Shown here piece after piece: positions 23,845 to 33,930 of a DNA stretch of 64,000 nt. The translations under genes were made by a program, and so were the position numbers. The notes below the pieces were generated by a model. That model did not search any database. It saw only the letters and a program-made list of their open reading frames with translations, and was not told where the DNA came from. Source of the stretch: an uncultured delta proteobacterium (lineage in GTDB: Bacteria; Myxococcota_A; Polyangia; Polyangiales; Polyangiaceae). The first letter of the stretch is position 1. Every line of letters begins with the position of its first letter. The stretch lies in the NCBI GenBank assembly GCA_963841435.1, contig CAWJCS010000005.1:832001-896000 (forward strand). Direction: 5' to 3'.

Positions 23845-24233
23845 TCTTTTCAGTCCTTGGTGCTCCGGCGTTTCGCTGACTCGAGAAGTCCTGCGCCGGC
23901 GCGTCGCCCGGGCAGTGACGCGACCGAGCAAGACCGGCTCATCGCCGGGCTCGCCCTCACCACCTTCACCCCGCGGCAACTACGGATGTGCGACCGACAT
24001 GACCCGTCGTTGCGTCTGCGCGTCGCTTTTCGCTGCAAATAAGTGAGGTTTTGAGTCGCTGCAGGCGCTGTGCTCGCGACGCCCCGACGACGCGCATCGA
24101 GCCCATGAGCCGCTTCTCCAGTCACGCGCAACTGCTCCGGCGTGGACGGATTCGCCACGAGCCCAGCGCTGCTGCAAGTAGCGCCACTGGCGGCGTGGAG
24201 CGATACTCTGCACAACTATCGACGGGCGATACA

Positions 24234-24888
24234 GTGAAGCGCAGATCGCATCATCCTCGACTTCACGTCGTCGCACCGACGGCTGAGTCGAGCCTCGACG
24301 ATGTCGATCTGGTGAGCGCTTTCATGAATGGAGAGGGTTGGGCCGCTTGGGCGATTTGGTCTCGCCACGCACCGATGGTCCATCGATTGCTGGAGCGAGC
24401 GTTCGGGCCGGGCGGAGAAGCGGAAGACGTCACCCAGAACGTCTTCTTGAGCGTGTTCCAGAGTATCCCCTCGCTGCGTGACAGAAGCGCCCTACGCAGC
24501 TTCATCTACTCGTTCGCCCTCCGAACCCTCAAAATGGAGCTACGGCGCCGGCGCGTGCGGCGGATCTTGCGCCTATCGCCGACCGGCCAACCCCCCGAGC
24601 TGCCCGCGCGAGGCGCGGACAGCGAGGCGCGTCAGAATCCTCAGCCGCTTCTACCTACTTTTGGACCAGCTCGGGGCGAACGAACGCACGGTGTTCGTGT
24701 TGCGACACATGGAGGGGCTCAAGCTCGACGAGATTGCCGAAAGCATGGGGGTGTCGTTGGCCACGGTGAAACGCTGGCTCAGCCGCGCGTCCGAGCGGGT
24801 GTCCGCGCTCGTCGAGGCGGATCGCGCGCTTTCCAGCTATGCTCGCGAGCGCGCCGTCGCGCGAGGAGTCTCCAGTGCCCGGGGATGA
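24234..24888 (+). CDS. ECF sigma-70 factor (frameshift near 24630)
   Basis: 'AEDVTQNVFL..LRDRSALRSFIY' (region 2) and 'ERTVFVLRHMEGLKLDEIAESMGVSLATVKRWL' (region 4). Confidence 0.85.
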
Positions 24889-26143
24889 GCCGCAGAAGGA
24901 ACTGAGCGCGCCCGCCGAGCGGCTGGTCGGGCTCGCGCGGAGGGAGCTCGGCGAGATGTCGGCGCCTGGCCTTACCGAGGCTTTCCTCGAGTTGAATGCG
25001 CGACGGTCCGTTCGCATGCGACGCGCGCGCCTCGTCTGGAATGGCGCCGCCGTGCTGGCCGTCGTGGCGCTGGTCCTCGTCGCCAGCCGCTTTCTCGGTG
25101 CCGACCACGTAGGGGCACTTTCGTATGCGGTCGAGGGCGGACGAGTCGATTCGACGGGTGCCGTCGAGGCGAGCGGCACGGCGGATCCCACCTTGCGGTT
25201 CTCGGATGGAACGGAGGTTGTCTTTCTGGGCGGGGCGCGCGGTCGGGTCAAATCAGTCGGCGAGCACGGGGCGCGGATTGCACTGCGCGGCAAGGCCAAG
25301 GTCGCCGTCGTTCCGTGGCGCGGAGCTCATTGGCTCTTCGACGCCGGGCCGTTCCTGATCACGGTCAAGGGAACGGCATTCACCGCGGAATGGCGGGACG
25401 CCGATCAGCGACTCGAGGTCTCTCTCACGACGGGAGCGATCGCCGTGAGTGGTCCGCTTTCCGACGAAGCGATCAGCTTGAGAGCCGGTCAGCGGCTCAT
25501 CGTCTCGGTGCGGGAGAAAGAGGTCCTCATTCGCAGCATCGACGCCGCGTCCGATGCAAGCGACGCAAGGTCCGACCGGCCGGCGTCGAAAACGGACAGC
25601 AGGGACGACTCGAGATCTCCCGTCGAAGGGCCAGGCCTCCACCCGGCACCACCGACTTCCGCGTCGTCGGTCAGCCCCGCGTCGAGCTGGACGACCCGGC
25701 TCGCTGCCGGGGATTTCGGAACCATCCTACGAGAGGCGGAGGAGCGCGGCCTCGACACGGTCCTCGCCGAGGCTTCGAGCAACGAGCTCGCAGCCCTCTC
25801 CGATGCCGCTCGGTACAGCCGCCGTGAAGACGTGGCACGGAGCGCCCTCGCTGCGCTCAGGCGTCGTTTTCCGCAATCGACGCGGGCCAACGACGCCGCG
25901 TTCCTGCTCGGCCGACTCGAAGAGACGGCGCAGCATCTGCAGCTCGCACTTGCCTGGTACGAGCGATGCTTGGACGAGTCACCGAACGGAACGTACGCTT
26001 CCGAGGCCTTGGGCCGCAAGATGACCATCGCGCGGCGCCTCCACGGAGAGGCTCGTGCACGCCCCGTCGCGGAGGAATACCTCCGTCGCTTCGGGGATGG
26101 GACCTACGCGGCGGCAGCACGCGCGCTGATACGCGCCCCCTAG
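24875..26143 (+). CDS. FecR-domain/TPR anti-sigma factor
   Basis: TM helix, 'LRFSDGTEV', 'DAGPFLITVKGTAF', C-terminal TPR 'AAFLLGRLEE..YASEALGR'. Confidence 0.85.
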   Translation: MPGDEPQKELSAPAERLVGLARRELGEMSAPGLTEAFLELNARRSVRMRRARLVWNGAAVLAVVALVLVASRFLGADHVGALSYAVEGGRVDSTGAVEASGTADPTLRFSDGTEVVFLGGARGRVKSVGEHGARIALRGKAKVAVVPWRGAHWLFDAGPFLITVKGTAFTAEWRDADQRLEVSLTTGAIAVSGPLSDEAISLRAGQRLIVSVREKEVLIRSIDAASDASDARSDRPASKTDSRDDSRSPVEGPGLHPAPPTSASSVSPASSWTTRLAAGDFGTILREAEERGLDTVLAEASSNELAALSDAARYSRREDVARSALAALRRRFPQSTRANDAAFLLGRLEETAQHLQLALAWYERCLDESPNGTYASEALGRKMTIARRLHGEARARPVAEEYLRRFGDGTYAAAARALIRAP

Positions 26144-26157
26144 ACCGGGAGCTTCGG

Positions 26158-27189
26158 ATGTGGCGCCCGGGCATCTTCTTGCCGATCGTGCTTGGAATCT
26201 TCTTCGTCTGTCGGGGCTCGCGGGCCGATGCGGCGCTCGTCGTTCTGGTCCGCCCTCCGGCTCGGAGCGCGATCGTGAGCGAAGCCATCACCCGCATTCG
26301 CGGCGAGCTCGTTGCGGATGGCTTCGAGGTATCGGTCGTCAACGCCTCACCCGGCTCCGACGCTCGGTCGGCGCTGGCCCGGGCGGAAAAGGACACGAGC
26401 GCTGCAGCCACGGTCGCCCTGTTCCTTCATGCCGATGCAAGGGCCGCAGAGGTCTGGGTGATCGACCGACTCACGGCCAAGACCGTCGTGCGCGCGGTAG
26501 AATTGACGGCGGCTCCCCCAGGCTCCGCTCCCGAGGTGCTGGCGCGACGCTCGGTGGAGCTGTTGCGCGCGAGCCTGCTCGAAATCCTCGTCGACACACG
26601 AGAAGAGCCGAGCGAACGTCGCACGGCTCGCACGAAGGCATCCGAATGGGCGGAGCGAGCGCTGGAGCCGCGGCGATCGCCGTGGGGACTCGAGGCGGGG
26701 GCGCAGCTGCTCGCCAGTTTCGGCGGGGCGGGTGGCGCCTGGATGCCGGTCGGTCGGCTTCGCCTGGGTCTCGGTCCTAGACTCGCCACGCGTCTGACGG
26801 TCTCGGGTCTCGGCACGCGTCCTCGCTTGGAGTTCGCCGAAGGTCGGGCGACGCTCAGCCAGGAGCTCGGCCTCCTCGAGCTGGTCGGTGACCTCACGTC
26901 TCCGGGGTGGCTGACGCCAGTCGTCTCGTTGGGTGCGGGCGTCTACCACATTGGCGTCGATGGAAGCGCAACCTGGCCGTACACGGGACTGCGGGGGGAT
27001 CGCTTCTCGTTCGCCGCGGACGTCGGGGGTGGTCTCGCCCTGGCGATCACTCCGTCGCTCGCTTTGTCCCTCGAAGCGCACGGTATCCTCGTCACGCCCT
27101 ACCCGGTGATTCGATTCCTCGACGACGACAGCATCGAGATCAGAAATCCGCTCGTGTCCGGCGTGCTGACGCTGACGGGTTGGCCATGA
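26158..27189 (+). CDS. Exported hypothetical protein (beta-rich C-terminus)
   Basis: Signal peptide; operonic with the FecR gene; stop overlaps the next ATG. Confidence 0.65.
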   Translation: MWRPGIFLPIVLGIFFVCRGSRADAALVVLVRPPARSAIVSEAITRIRGELVADGFEVSVVNASPGSDARSALARAEKDTSAAATVALFLHADARAAEVWVIDRLTAKTVVRAVELTAAPPGSAPEVLARRSVELLRASLLEILVDTREEPSERRTARTKASEWAERALEPRRSPWGLEAGAQLLASFGGAGGAWMPVGRLRLGLGPRLATRLTVSGLGTRPRLEFAEGRATLSQELGLLELVGDLTSPGWLTPVVSLGAGVYHIGVDGSATWPYTGLRGDRFSFAADVGGGLALAITPSLALSLEAHGILVTPYPVIRFLDDDSIEIRNPLVSGVLTLTGWP

Positions 27190-27923
27190 AGCGCGCCTGG
27201 CTCTGCGTTCTTCTGGTCGGATGTGGGCCCACGTACATCGATGCTGCTGGTCTCGCGCCGACGACGCTGGGCGATGGCCTCGTCGCCCATTGGACCTTCG
27301 ACGAAACCGGCGGCACGACCCTCGCGGATACGTCGGGAAACCGCCGCGACGGCAGCGTGGCCGGTGCCACGTTCGTGAGCGATGGTCGTTTCGATGGCGC
27401 GCTGCACTTCAGCCCGGGCGACAGCGTCATCGTGGAAAGGTTCCCGTACGCGACGGCTAGCTGGACCTTCTCGGCCTGGGTTCGTATCGGTGACGAAGAC
27501 GTCGCCACCGACGATTTTGGCACGGTGATCAGCACGGAGGTGATGGTGGAGGGCGGGTGGCAGCTGCAGACCCGCGGTCGCTCGTCCGGGATCTACTGGA
27601 CCTTTGCCTACTGGCTCGGACCCGACGGGGGGATCGCGCACTACGACTGCCAGTGCTTCGAGCTCGGGCGTTGGTCGCACGCAACCGTCGTTCTGGACGC
27701 CAAGCAGAGCCTGCTCTCGTTCTACGTTGACGGGGAGCTCGCGGAGTCGAGCACGTCTCCCGGTCCCATTCTGCCGGGCACGTCGGATCTCCTCATGGGG
27801 AAATGGGCCGGAGCGGACCGCCTCTTCTCCGGCTCCATCGACGATGTTGCTATCTACAACCGCGCGCTGCGGGCGGCCGAGGTCGCGGAGCTCCACGCGC
27901 GCCCACCCCCACGGCCGAGGTGA
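27186..27923 (+). CDS. LamG/concanavalin-like lipoprotein
   Basis: 'LLVGC' lipobox, 'LVAHWTFDE', 'FSGSIDDVAIYNRAL'. Confidence 0.85.
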   Translation: MKRAWLCVLLVGCGPTYIDAAGLAPTTLGDGLVAHWTFDETGGTTLADTSGNRRDGSVAGATFVSDGRFDGALHFSPGDSVIVERFPYATASWTFSAWVRIGDEDVATDDFGTVISTEVMVEGGWQLQTRGRSSGIYWTFAYWLGPDGGIAHYDCQCFELGRWSHATVVLDAKQSLLSFYVDGELAESSTSPGPILPGTSDLLMGKWAGADRLFSGSIDDVAIYNRALRAAEVAELHARPPPRPR

Positions 27924-27929
27924 CTCGGG

Positions 27930-28205
27930 TCACGGGCTCTGGGTCAGCAGCCCGAGCCGCCAGGGGATGCGATTGTAGTCGCCGCCAGTCTCCGCCATCG
28001 GATCGGCGCCCTGAAAGAGGTAGCGCATGTTGCAGGGCTCGATCTCCAGCGTCTGGTCGTAGCCGGCGCGCAGCATCTCGCCATGGCTGATGTCGTGCGT
28101 CCACGGGGCTCCGTCGAACGAGACGTTTCGCTCTCCGGCGAAGGCATACGAGCCGCTCCCCTGCCACGGTAGCCACGGTCCCTCGAGATCGTCCGCGATC
28201 CCCAA
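27930..28205 (-). pseudogene. C-terminal fragment of a GH62 alpha-L-arabinofuranosidase
   Basis: 'WTHDISHGEMLRAGYDQTLEIEPCNMRYLFQG..DYNRIPWRLGLL'; 5' part missing. Confidence 0.8.
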
Positions 28206-28441
28206 CCTGACGACGCGTGCCGACGTGCAGACCGAGATGATCCGAGATTTTCAGCGCCGGGGTGCAAAGCTCGCGATCTTGTCCAGTCGTCCAACGCTCG
28301 AGCACCAGGAAAACGTGCTCCCTGGCTCCAGCCTGCTCGACGACTACCTCGCCGCCCACTTTCGCGAGATCGCCGTGATCGAGCCGTACCACGTGCTCTT
28401 GCGTCGCGACGTGCCGCTCAGAGCGCGGAGAAGCGTCCAGA

Positions 28442-28495
28442 GCAACTCGGGCAACTCGGGCAACTCGGGCAACTCGGGCAACTCGGGCAATCCGG
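28442..28495 (+). repeat. 9-bp tandem repeat GCAACTCGG x5 plus 1 imperfect copy
   Basis: Directly visible; encodes (NSG)n in a gene fragment. Confidence 0.9.
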
Positions 28496-28604
28496 GCAGC
28501 AGCGCAGGCGAGGTCACGGGCGCCGAGTGACGATTTTGTTCCGAGATCGGGCCAATCCGTTGCGCGCTCGACGTCTGGCATGTCCATTGCTCTGTCGGCG
28601 GTCC

Positions 28605-30972
28605 ATGAAACACCGCGGAATCGTCGTGAGCTTGGCCGCGCTGGGAGCTTTCGCCTGTGGAGCGCCGGCTCCCGACAACGAGCAAGGTGACGAGCCCGTC
28701 GGGGAAATGGACCAAGCGCTGCTCGGTGCGGCCACGATCGATCAGAGCTGCGTGAGTCAAAATCGCGATGACGAGGCGGAGCAGATCGCAAGGTACGGGC
28801 GAGTCATTTCGCGCTCCAATGCGTTCGGCGAATGCGCGCGGACTATCTTCGCTCAGGCGACCGAGCTCCCGCTCACGAACCCCGGCAATCCTTACGGCCC
28901 GTACGTCCCGTGCGGGACGGGCAGCGAGCCCACGAGCACGGGCCACGTGTGCAGCACCGAATGCGCGAACCTACCTCTCCCGGCGGGCTCCGATTGCCAC
29001 TGCGACCCGATTCTGTTCAAAGCCCCGCGCAAGCAGCGCGCCAGGATCCTGTTCAACCGCCGCTTCGCGGCTTCCCACCCTGCAGACCTGCCGTACGAAT
29101 CCACCACTCGGCAACTCAGCCCAAGCGTCGAATCAGGGAATCGTCAACGGAGCGGAAAAATGGCAATGGAACTCGCTGTACGACGGCACCCCTCCAGCCG
29201 GCGTCGACGCGAGCTACGCGGCGGGGGTCGCCTGGCACGAAGCGGCCCACGCTCACGGCTACAGTCACGGTAGCAACACGGGCTCACTGCAGGCGGAGAA
29301 ATGCGGGTTCAAGCAAGCAGACTGGACCTACCGGATGGGTGGCAACTCGATGGTGGGAGTGTGCATCATCGAGGTAGGGAGGCGCTCGCTGGATCCGGCG
29401 TACGGCAACTGCGGTTTGGAGTCGTCACTCTGTGCGCCGAACGAGCTCCGTGTCATCAGTAGCTTCGCGGGCGGGGACTGCGAGTGCGTTCCGGACACCT
29501 TCGAGTACCCGAACAACGCCAACGAATCGGGCGACAAGTACGGCTCGGCGCTAGCCGCGGGGGACTTCGACGGCGACGGGGCGGACGATCTTGCCGTCGG
29601 CACGCCGGGTGAGGACTCGTCGGCGGGCGCCGTGTACCTCTATCGAGGCACGCTCACCGGCTTGCACCCCTGGAAGCGCATCACGCAGTCCGACCTCACC
29701 GTCGACGATGCAGCGCTCGGCAGCTCCGTCAATCTCGGCCATGAGGCGGGAGACCGCTTCGGTGCCTCGCTCGCCGCCGGCGATTTCGATGGCGACGGCC
29801 ACGATGATCTCGCCATTGGCCTACCCGGAGAGAAGCTCCCCGACTCGGTCTGCTCGGCGGGCGGCTGCGGTTACACCGTCGTCCTGCCGGGCACGGGCGA
29901 CGGGCTGAAGTTTCGCGTCGCCGGGACAGGGCCGAACCCGACGGGACTCACTCAGGCGTCGCTCGGCGCCAACGAATCCGGCGACGGCTTCGGGTGGTCG
30001 CTCGCGGCGGGTGACCTCAACGCCGACGGGCTCGATGACCTTGCCGTCGGCGTTCCGTTCGAGGCTCTGGGAACCGTCACCTCGGGCGTCGTCATGGTGT
30101 TCAAGGGCCAGCAGTCGCAGTCCCGACTCGTGAACCCTTGGATTTACATCAGCGAAAGCTTGGGCGGCGATGCGAACCAATCGGGTGACGAGTTCGGGCT
30201 GTCCGTCGCGATCGGCAACCTGATGGGCGGCCGGCAACAGCTCGCCATCGGGGCACCGGGCAGGCGCTGGTACCAGAAGTCCGACGAGGGTTACGTCTTC
30301 GTCGCCGGCTTCAACGGCACCGTCTGGTCGATGGACTTCAAGTCGGCCAATCTGAACTCCTACAACCCCTCTCGCTTCGGGTACGCGCTCGCGATCGGCA
30401 ATGTCGTAGGTGACAGCCACGAAGACTTGGTCGTGGGCGCGCCCGCCGAGTCCGACTCCGTCGGTGGGGCGTTGATCTTCAAGGGAACGAATTCGACGAT
30501 GCTCTACGCTCAGCACCTCCACAACGGCGACTCCGTGCAGGGCGACTATTTCGGCGGATCGCTGGCAGTCGGAGACTTCTTCAGGAAAGCCAGCTACCAG
30601 GGTCTCGTGGTCGGGATACCGGGTGAAACGCTCGACGCGCAGCTGCCCGAGGGCGCGATCTGGATCTACGCGGGTGGCTCGTTGACGATGGCCTCGAAAT
30701 TCTACAGAAGCCAGAAGAGCCTCTACTCGGTGAGCGACACGGACACCATTCTCCCGACCGAGCAGCGCGACATGGGTTTCGGCACCGCCCTGGTCTCGGG
30801 CAACTTCAACGGCGGCGGTGGCGACGAGCTCGTGGTCGGCGCTCCCACCGACGACCCCGGACAGGACGGCAGCACCGCCGGCGCGGTGTTCGTCTTCCGA
30901 TACAACTCCTTCGGCGACGCCGAGAAAATCGACCAGGTGACCACTCGCTACGGTGACAGCAGCTTCGACTGA
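28605..30972 (+). CDS. Lipoprotein with HExxH metalloprotease motif and FG-GAP (integrin-alpha-like) repeats; frameshift near 29050-29100
   Basis: 'LGAFAC' lipobox; 'WHEAAHAHGYSH'; repeated '(F/Y)GxxLAxGDxxxDGxDDLAVGxP' units. Confidence 0.8.
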
Positions 30973-31219
30973 GCTGTTGCTCGATCAATCGTTGCCGGAA
31001 TCTTGACTGCTCGGACGACAGGCCCTAGCGCAGAGTTGGGTGGGTCGAGATATGCACTGCGCGCGACGTAGGAGCCAACGTAAACCTCGCGTTTGCCCCA
31101 GGAATCGAGAAAGAAGCGACCAAAGCTCTCCAGCTCTCGCTGAGCGCCTGAATAGGAAAGAAAGCCGTCCTCGGTGCGCGCCGTGGAACCTTGGCGACGG
31201 GCGCCCGTAATCCCGAGCT

Positions 31220-31271
31220 CCGGATGATCTCTTGGTCCGGCTCGTCGCCTCGGTGCCCCCGCCGCGCTGGC
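31220..31271 (+). mobile_element. 52-bp internal IS91 transposase fragment
   Basis: Matches 45590-45641; interrupts the gene starting at 31341 (-). Confidence 0.75.
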
Positions 31272-31344
31272 CCGAGACTACCTCGGCCATGTGCCCGCGA
31301 AAGAGCTCAAAGCACTGAGCCGGCGTCGCCCCCTCGATCACGCG

Positions 31345-31605
31345 CTACTCGGCGGCGTGTCGGTATTCGGGTTCGTCGTCCAGCAAGAACCGGAGCATCC
31401 GAAGCTCTGAGGACACGATCTGATCGTCGAAGTCGCCGCGATCGACACGGCGCATGGCATCGTCCAGGGACAGACCGAGGTCGCCTGCAAGCTGCATCAT
31501 GCGCGCGCGAACTTGTTCGCGGCTCAGTTGCTCAACGTGCGGGGCCATGGGTGAAGGATACCCGAGGGTAATCGTATGTACAGCATCTTCCGCGAGATAT
31601 GACAT
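31345..31605 (-). CDS. Small protein (86 aa), possible antitoxin; partner gene (31341 leftwards, MIEGATPAQCFELFR) truncated
   Basis: Two-gene arrangement with 3-nt spacing; function inferred only. Confidence 0.45.
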   Translation of the reverse strand: MSYLAEDAVHTITLGYPSPMAPHVEQLSREQVRARMMQLAGDLGLSLDDAMRRVDRGDFDDQIVSSELRMLRFLLDDEPEYRHAAE

Positions 31606-31724
31606 ATCCCGTCCGCCCCGCGCCCCGCTGAGCGTGGGCACCTGTGGGGGCGTATGCCCCTGCAGGTTTCGGCTAACTCGTGCCTGCGCGGCTCGTGAGC
31701 GGGCGGGCGCTTGGGCAGGATGGC

Positions 31725-33014
31725 TCAGCTCGCCTTGAGTTTCTTGGTCCGGGCGGCTTTCGTGGGCAACGCGCCAGGGACGTTGAAGGCTACAACGGCG
31801 AGCGTCAACTCCCGGTTCGGGTCGTCCCGGTGCCGAAAGGTCGCTCTGAACCGAGTCTCGCCGGTCGCCGCGAAATCGCGCTTGTAGTTTGGGTGGCCCT
31901 TTACCGTTTCCGGAATCTTCGCGACGACCTCCGAGAAGGCTCGTCCGCGGTTGAACACGAGCACCGCGACTTTCGTGTCTCGCCACGATGCGTAGCTGAG
32001 GATCTGATCGATCGCCTTGGTAAGTGACGCCGGCCCGTCCCAGAACTTGCACTCGCCGATGAAGATGTTCCGGCCGTTCACTCGGAGCAGGATGTCGGTC
32101 TTGCCCTCGAAGTTGAACGTCTCTCCAGTGGCCCCACCTTTGTAATGGCCGTTCAATTGCATCAGAAAGTGTTGTCGTAGATGTTCCTCCGACATGGTGC
32201 TGAACGCGGACGGGCTGCATTCCATGACCGTGACCATGTTCTCGAGAACCGAAAGAATGTGGTCGTAGTGCGACGCGGCGAGGGCCGGCTCCGGAGCGAA
32301 CGGGGCGCTTGTGGCCGCGGGCGGGGTCGGAACGACTTGGCGGCGGATTTCAGGAACCGCATAGGTACGCGGCGCGTTCTCGCGTTCGACTAGCGGAAAG
32401 CCAAGATTCGCAATCAAGCTCCGCGATTCCAGAAGACGCGTACGGCGCGAGTTGATCGCGTTGAGACCATGTTGCCTCAACGTCTGGTTGAAGCCTGCGA
32501 TGTCAGAAGCGATCCACCCGACGTATTGCTGAACACGACGCAGGTCGTGTTCGAACGCTGCCTTGATGGGCTCGGAGCCCGCGCCCTCGGTCGCCTCGTA
32601 GATGAGGTGAAGTTCGGAGCCTACGACGGATCCGCCCGGCGGGTTGGAGTCGCGCGTCGATGCCTGCATCTTGAAAAGACCACCGTCGCCCGCGAATGGC
32701 ACGCGAAACGTTACTCGGGTCGAGGGCATGGGGTGCGGGCCCCCTTCTCGGTGCCAGAAGACGCGGTCGCGATCGTGGCTCACGTCAACGCGCGACTCTG
32801 CTTGATCGACGGCGGTCTTGTCTCGGTGAAGCTCCAACGGTTGAACACGGAACCTCTCAAAGAAGTACGTCGCGAGGTCTTCGGCGCTTGTGTTGAGCAG
32901 CTTGTTTCCGTCGTAACGGTCGATCTCGGTGTCGAGCTCGTGCCGCCTGCTCTCGAGGTAGGCGCGAAGGTCGCCCTTCACAAACAGGGTTTGGTTCTGC
33001 GGAAACAGATTCAT
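31725..33014 (-). CDS. Conserved protein with C-terminal PD-(D/E)XK-type nuclease motif
   Basis: 'EEHLRQHFL..GETFNFEGKTDILLRVNGRNIFIGECKFWDG..AIDQILSY'. Confidence 0.75.
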   Translation of the reverse strand: MNLFPQNQTLFVKGDLRAYLESRRHELDTEIDRYDGNKLLNTSAEDLATYFFERFRVQPLELHRDKTAVDQAESRVDVSHDRDRVFWHREGGPHPMPSTRVTFRVPFAGDGGLFKMQASTRDSNPPGGSVVGSELHLIYEATEGAGSEPIKAAFEHDLRRVQQYVGWIASDIAGFNQTLRQHGLNAINSRRTRLLESRSLIANLGFPLVERENAPRTYAVPEIRRQVVPTPPAATSAPFAPEPALAASHYDHILSVLENMVTVMECSPSAFSTMSEEHLRQHFLMQLNGHYKGGATGETFNFEGKTDILLRVNGRNIFIGECKFWDGPASLTKAIDQILSYASWRDTKVAVLVFNRGRAFSEVVAKIPETVKGHPNYKRDFAATGETRFRATFRHRDDPNRELTLAVVAFNVPGALPTKAARTKKLKAS

Positions 33015-33125
33015 GCGCGCTCCTTGCGGAAGTTTCGTTGTCGCTTTCGGCCTCGTGCCCCCTCTACCTCACATTCGTTCAGGTGCCAGTGGGCGGTCGT
33101 CAGGGGGAATAGAAGGGGAAAAACA

Positions 33126-33304
33126 CCCCACACCCGGCCGAGGTCATGAAGTGGCTCCATGACCCTGGCGATCGGGTGGCTCCATGAGGCTGGCGATCCG
33201 CCTCACGCCCACCCGCGGGGTGGCTCCATGACCCTGGCGATCGGGTGGCTCCATGACGGTGGCGATACCGTCGGAACCTGGCTCCATGATGCTGGCGATT
33301 GGCA
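33126..33304 (+). mobile_element. Isolated IS21-family end with five GGCTCCATGA..TGGCGAT repeats
   Basis: Same unit and terminal TGGCA as at 18305-18362. Confidence 0.65.
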
Positions 33305-33468
33305 CGGCCACCCCCTGCGAAAACTCTGTCGGGTTGGCCGGCGTGAACCACGCGCGAGCCTTGAAGCAGAGCGAGCAGTTGCAGCGGACGCTGCCGGCGG
33401 CGAGGTCGAGCTCCGCTTCGAAGCGCACGGCGCCACAGTGGCAGCTTCCCGAGTAGGTCTTGACGAGA
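33305..33468 (-). pseudogene. GFA (Mss4-like) protein N-terminal fragment
   Basis: 'KTYSGSCHCGAVRFEAELDL...RCNCSLCFKARAW', cut by the IS21 end. Confidence 0.75.
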
Positions 33469-33591
33469 AGACCGCGGTAGTGCGCTACCAGGTTCGCGAC
33501 GTCGATCGCTCGAAGATCGCGTAACGCACCGTTACGTCACCTGAGGCGCCGCGCTGACGAAGCGATCGACGCTTTGCTTGCCCTATCCCCC

Positions 33592-33770
33592 ATGGAACGC
33601 CATCTCGAGCTCGCGCCCAAGCCCTGGCTCGGCACCCGCGCCAACCTTCGCGCCGACGAGCTCGACGCGCCGTTGCGCTCGTTCACGATCCCCGCGGCGT
33701 GACCCCGGTGCTCCGTCGAACTGCCCAACGCCCGCTGCGGCCTTCAAGATGGGTGTGGTGCAGCGGATAC
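33592..33770 (+). mobile_element. IS66-like transposase C-terminus and right end
   Basis: 'RHLELAPKPWLGTRANL' and terminal ...GTGCAGCGGATAC (GTAT/GTAA-type inverted repeat). Confidence 0.5.
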
Positions 33771-33775
33771 AGAGC

Positions 33776-33874
33776 ATGATCCAGCGAGCCAAGGGCAGCG
33801 GGGCCAAGGGTTGGATCGTCAAGCCGTTCAAGCCCGACCTGCTCGTCGCAGCGGTACGTCGGCTGACGGCGTGA
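33776..33874 (+). pseudogene. CheY-like response regulator C-terminal fragment
   Basis: 'RAKGSGAKGWIVKPFKPDLLVAAVRRL'. Confidence 0.7.
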
Positions 33875-33930
33875 CCCGATCGCGGCCGCGGTCGGCTACG
33901 GTTCGGAATAGGGCCTGGCTCCGGACTTAC

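Noticed and set aside
33150-33304. Spaced GGCTCCATGA repeats as a second CRISPR array
   Set aside because: Units are ~20 bp, variable and irregularly spaced, and they match the IS21 end downstream of istB.
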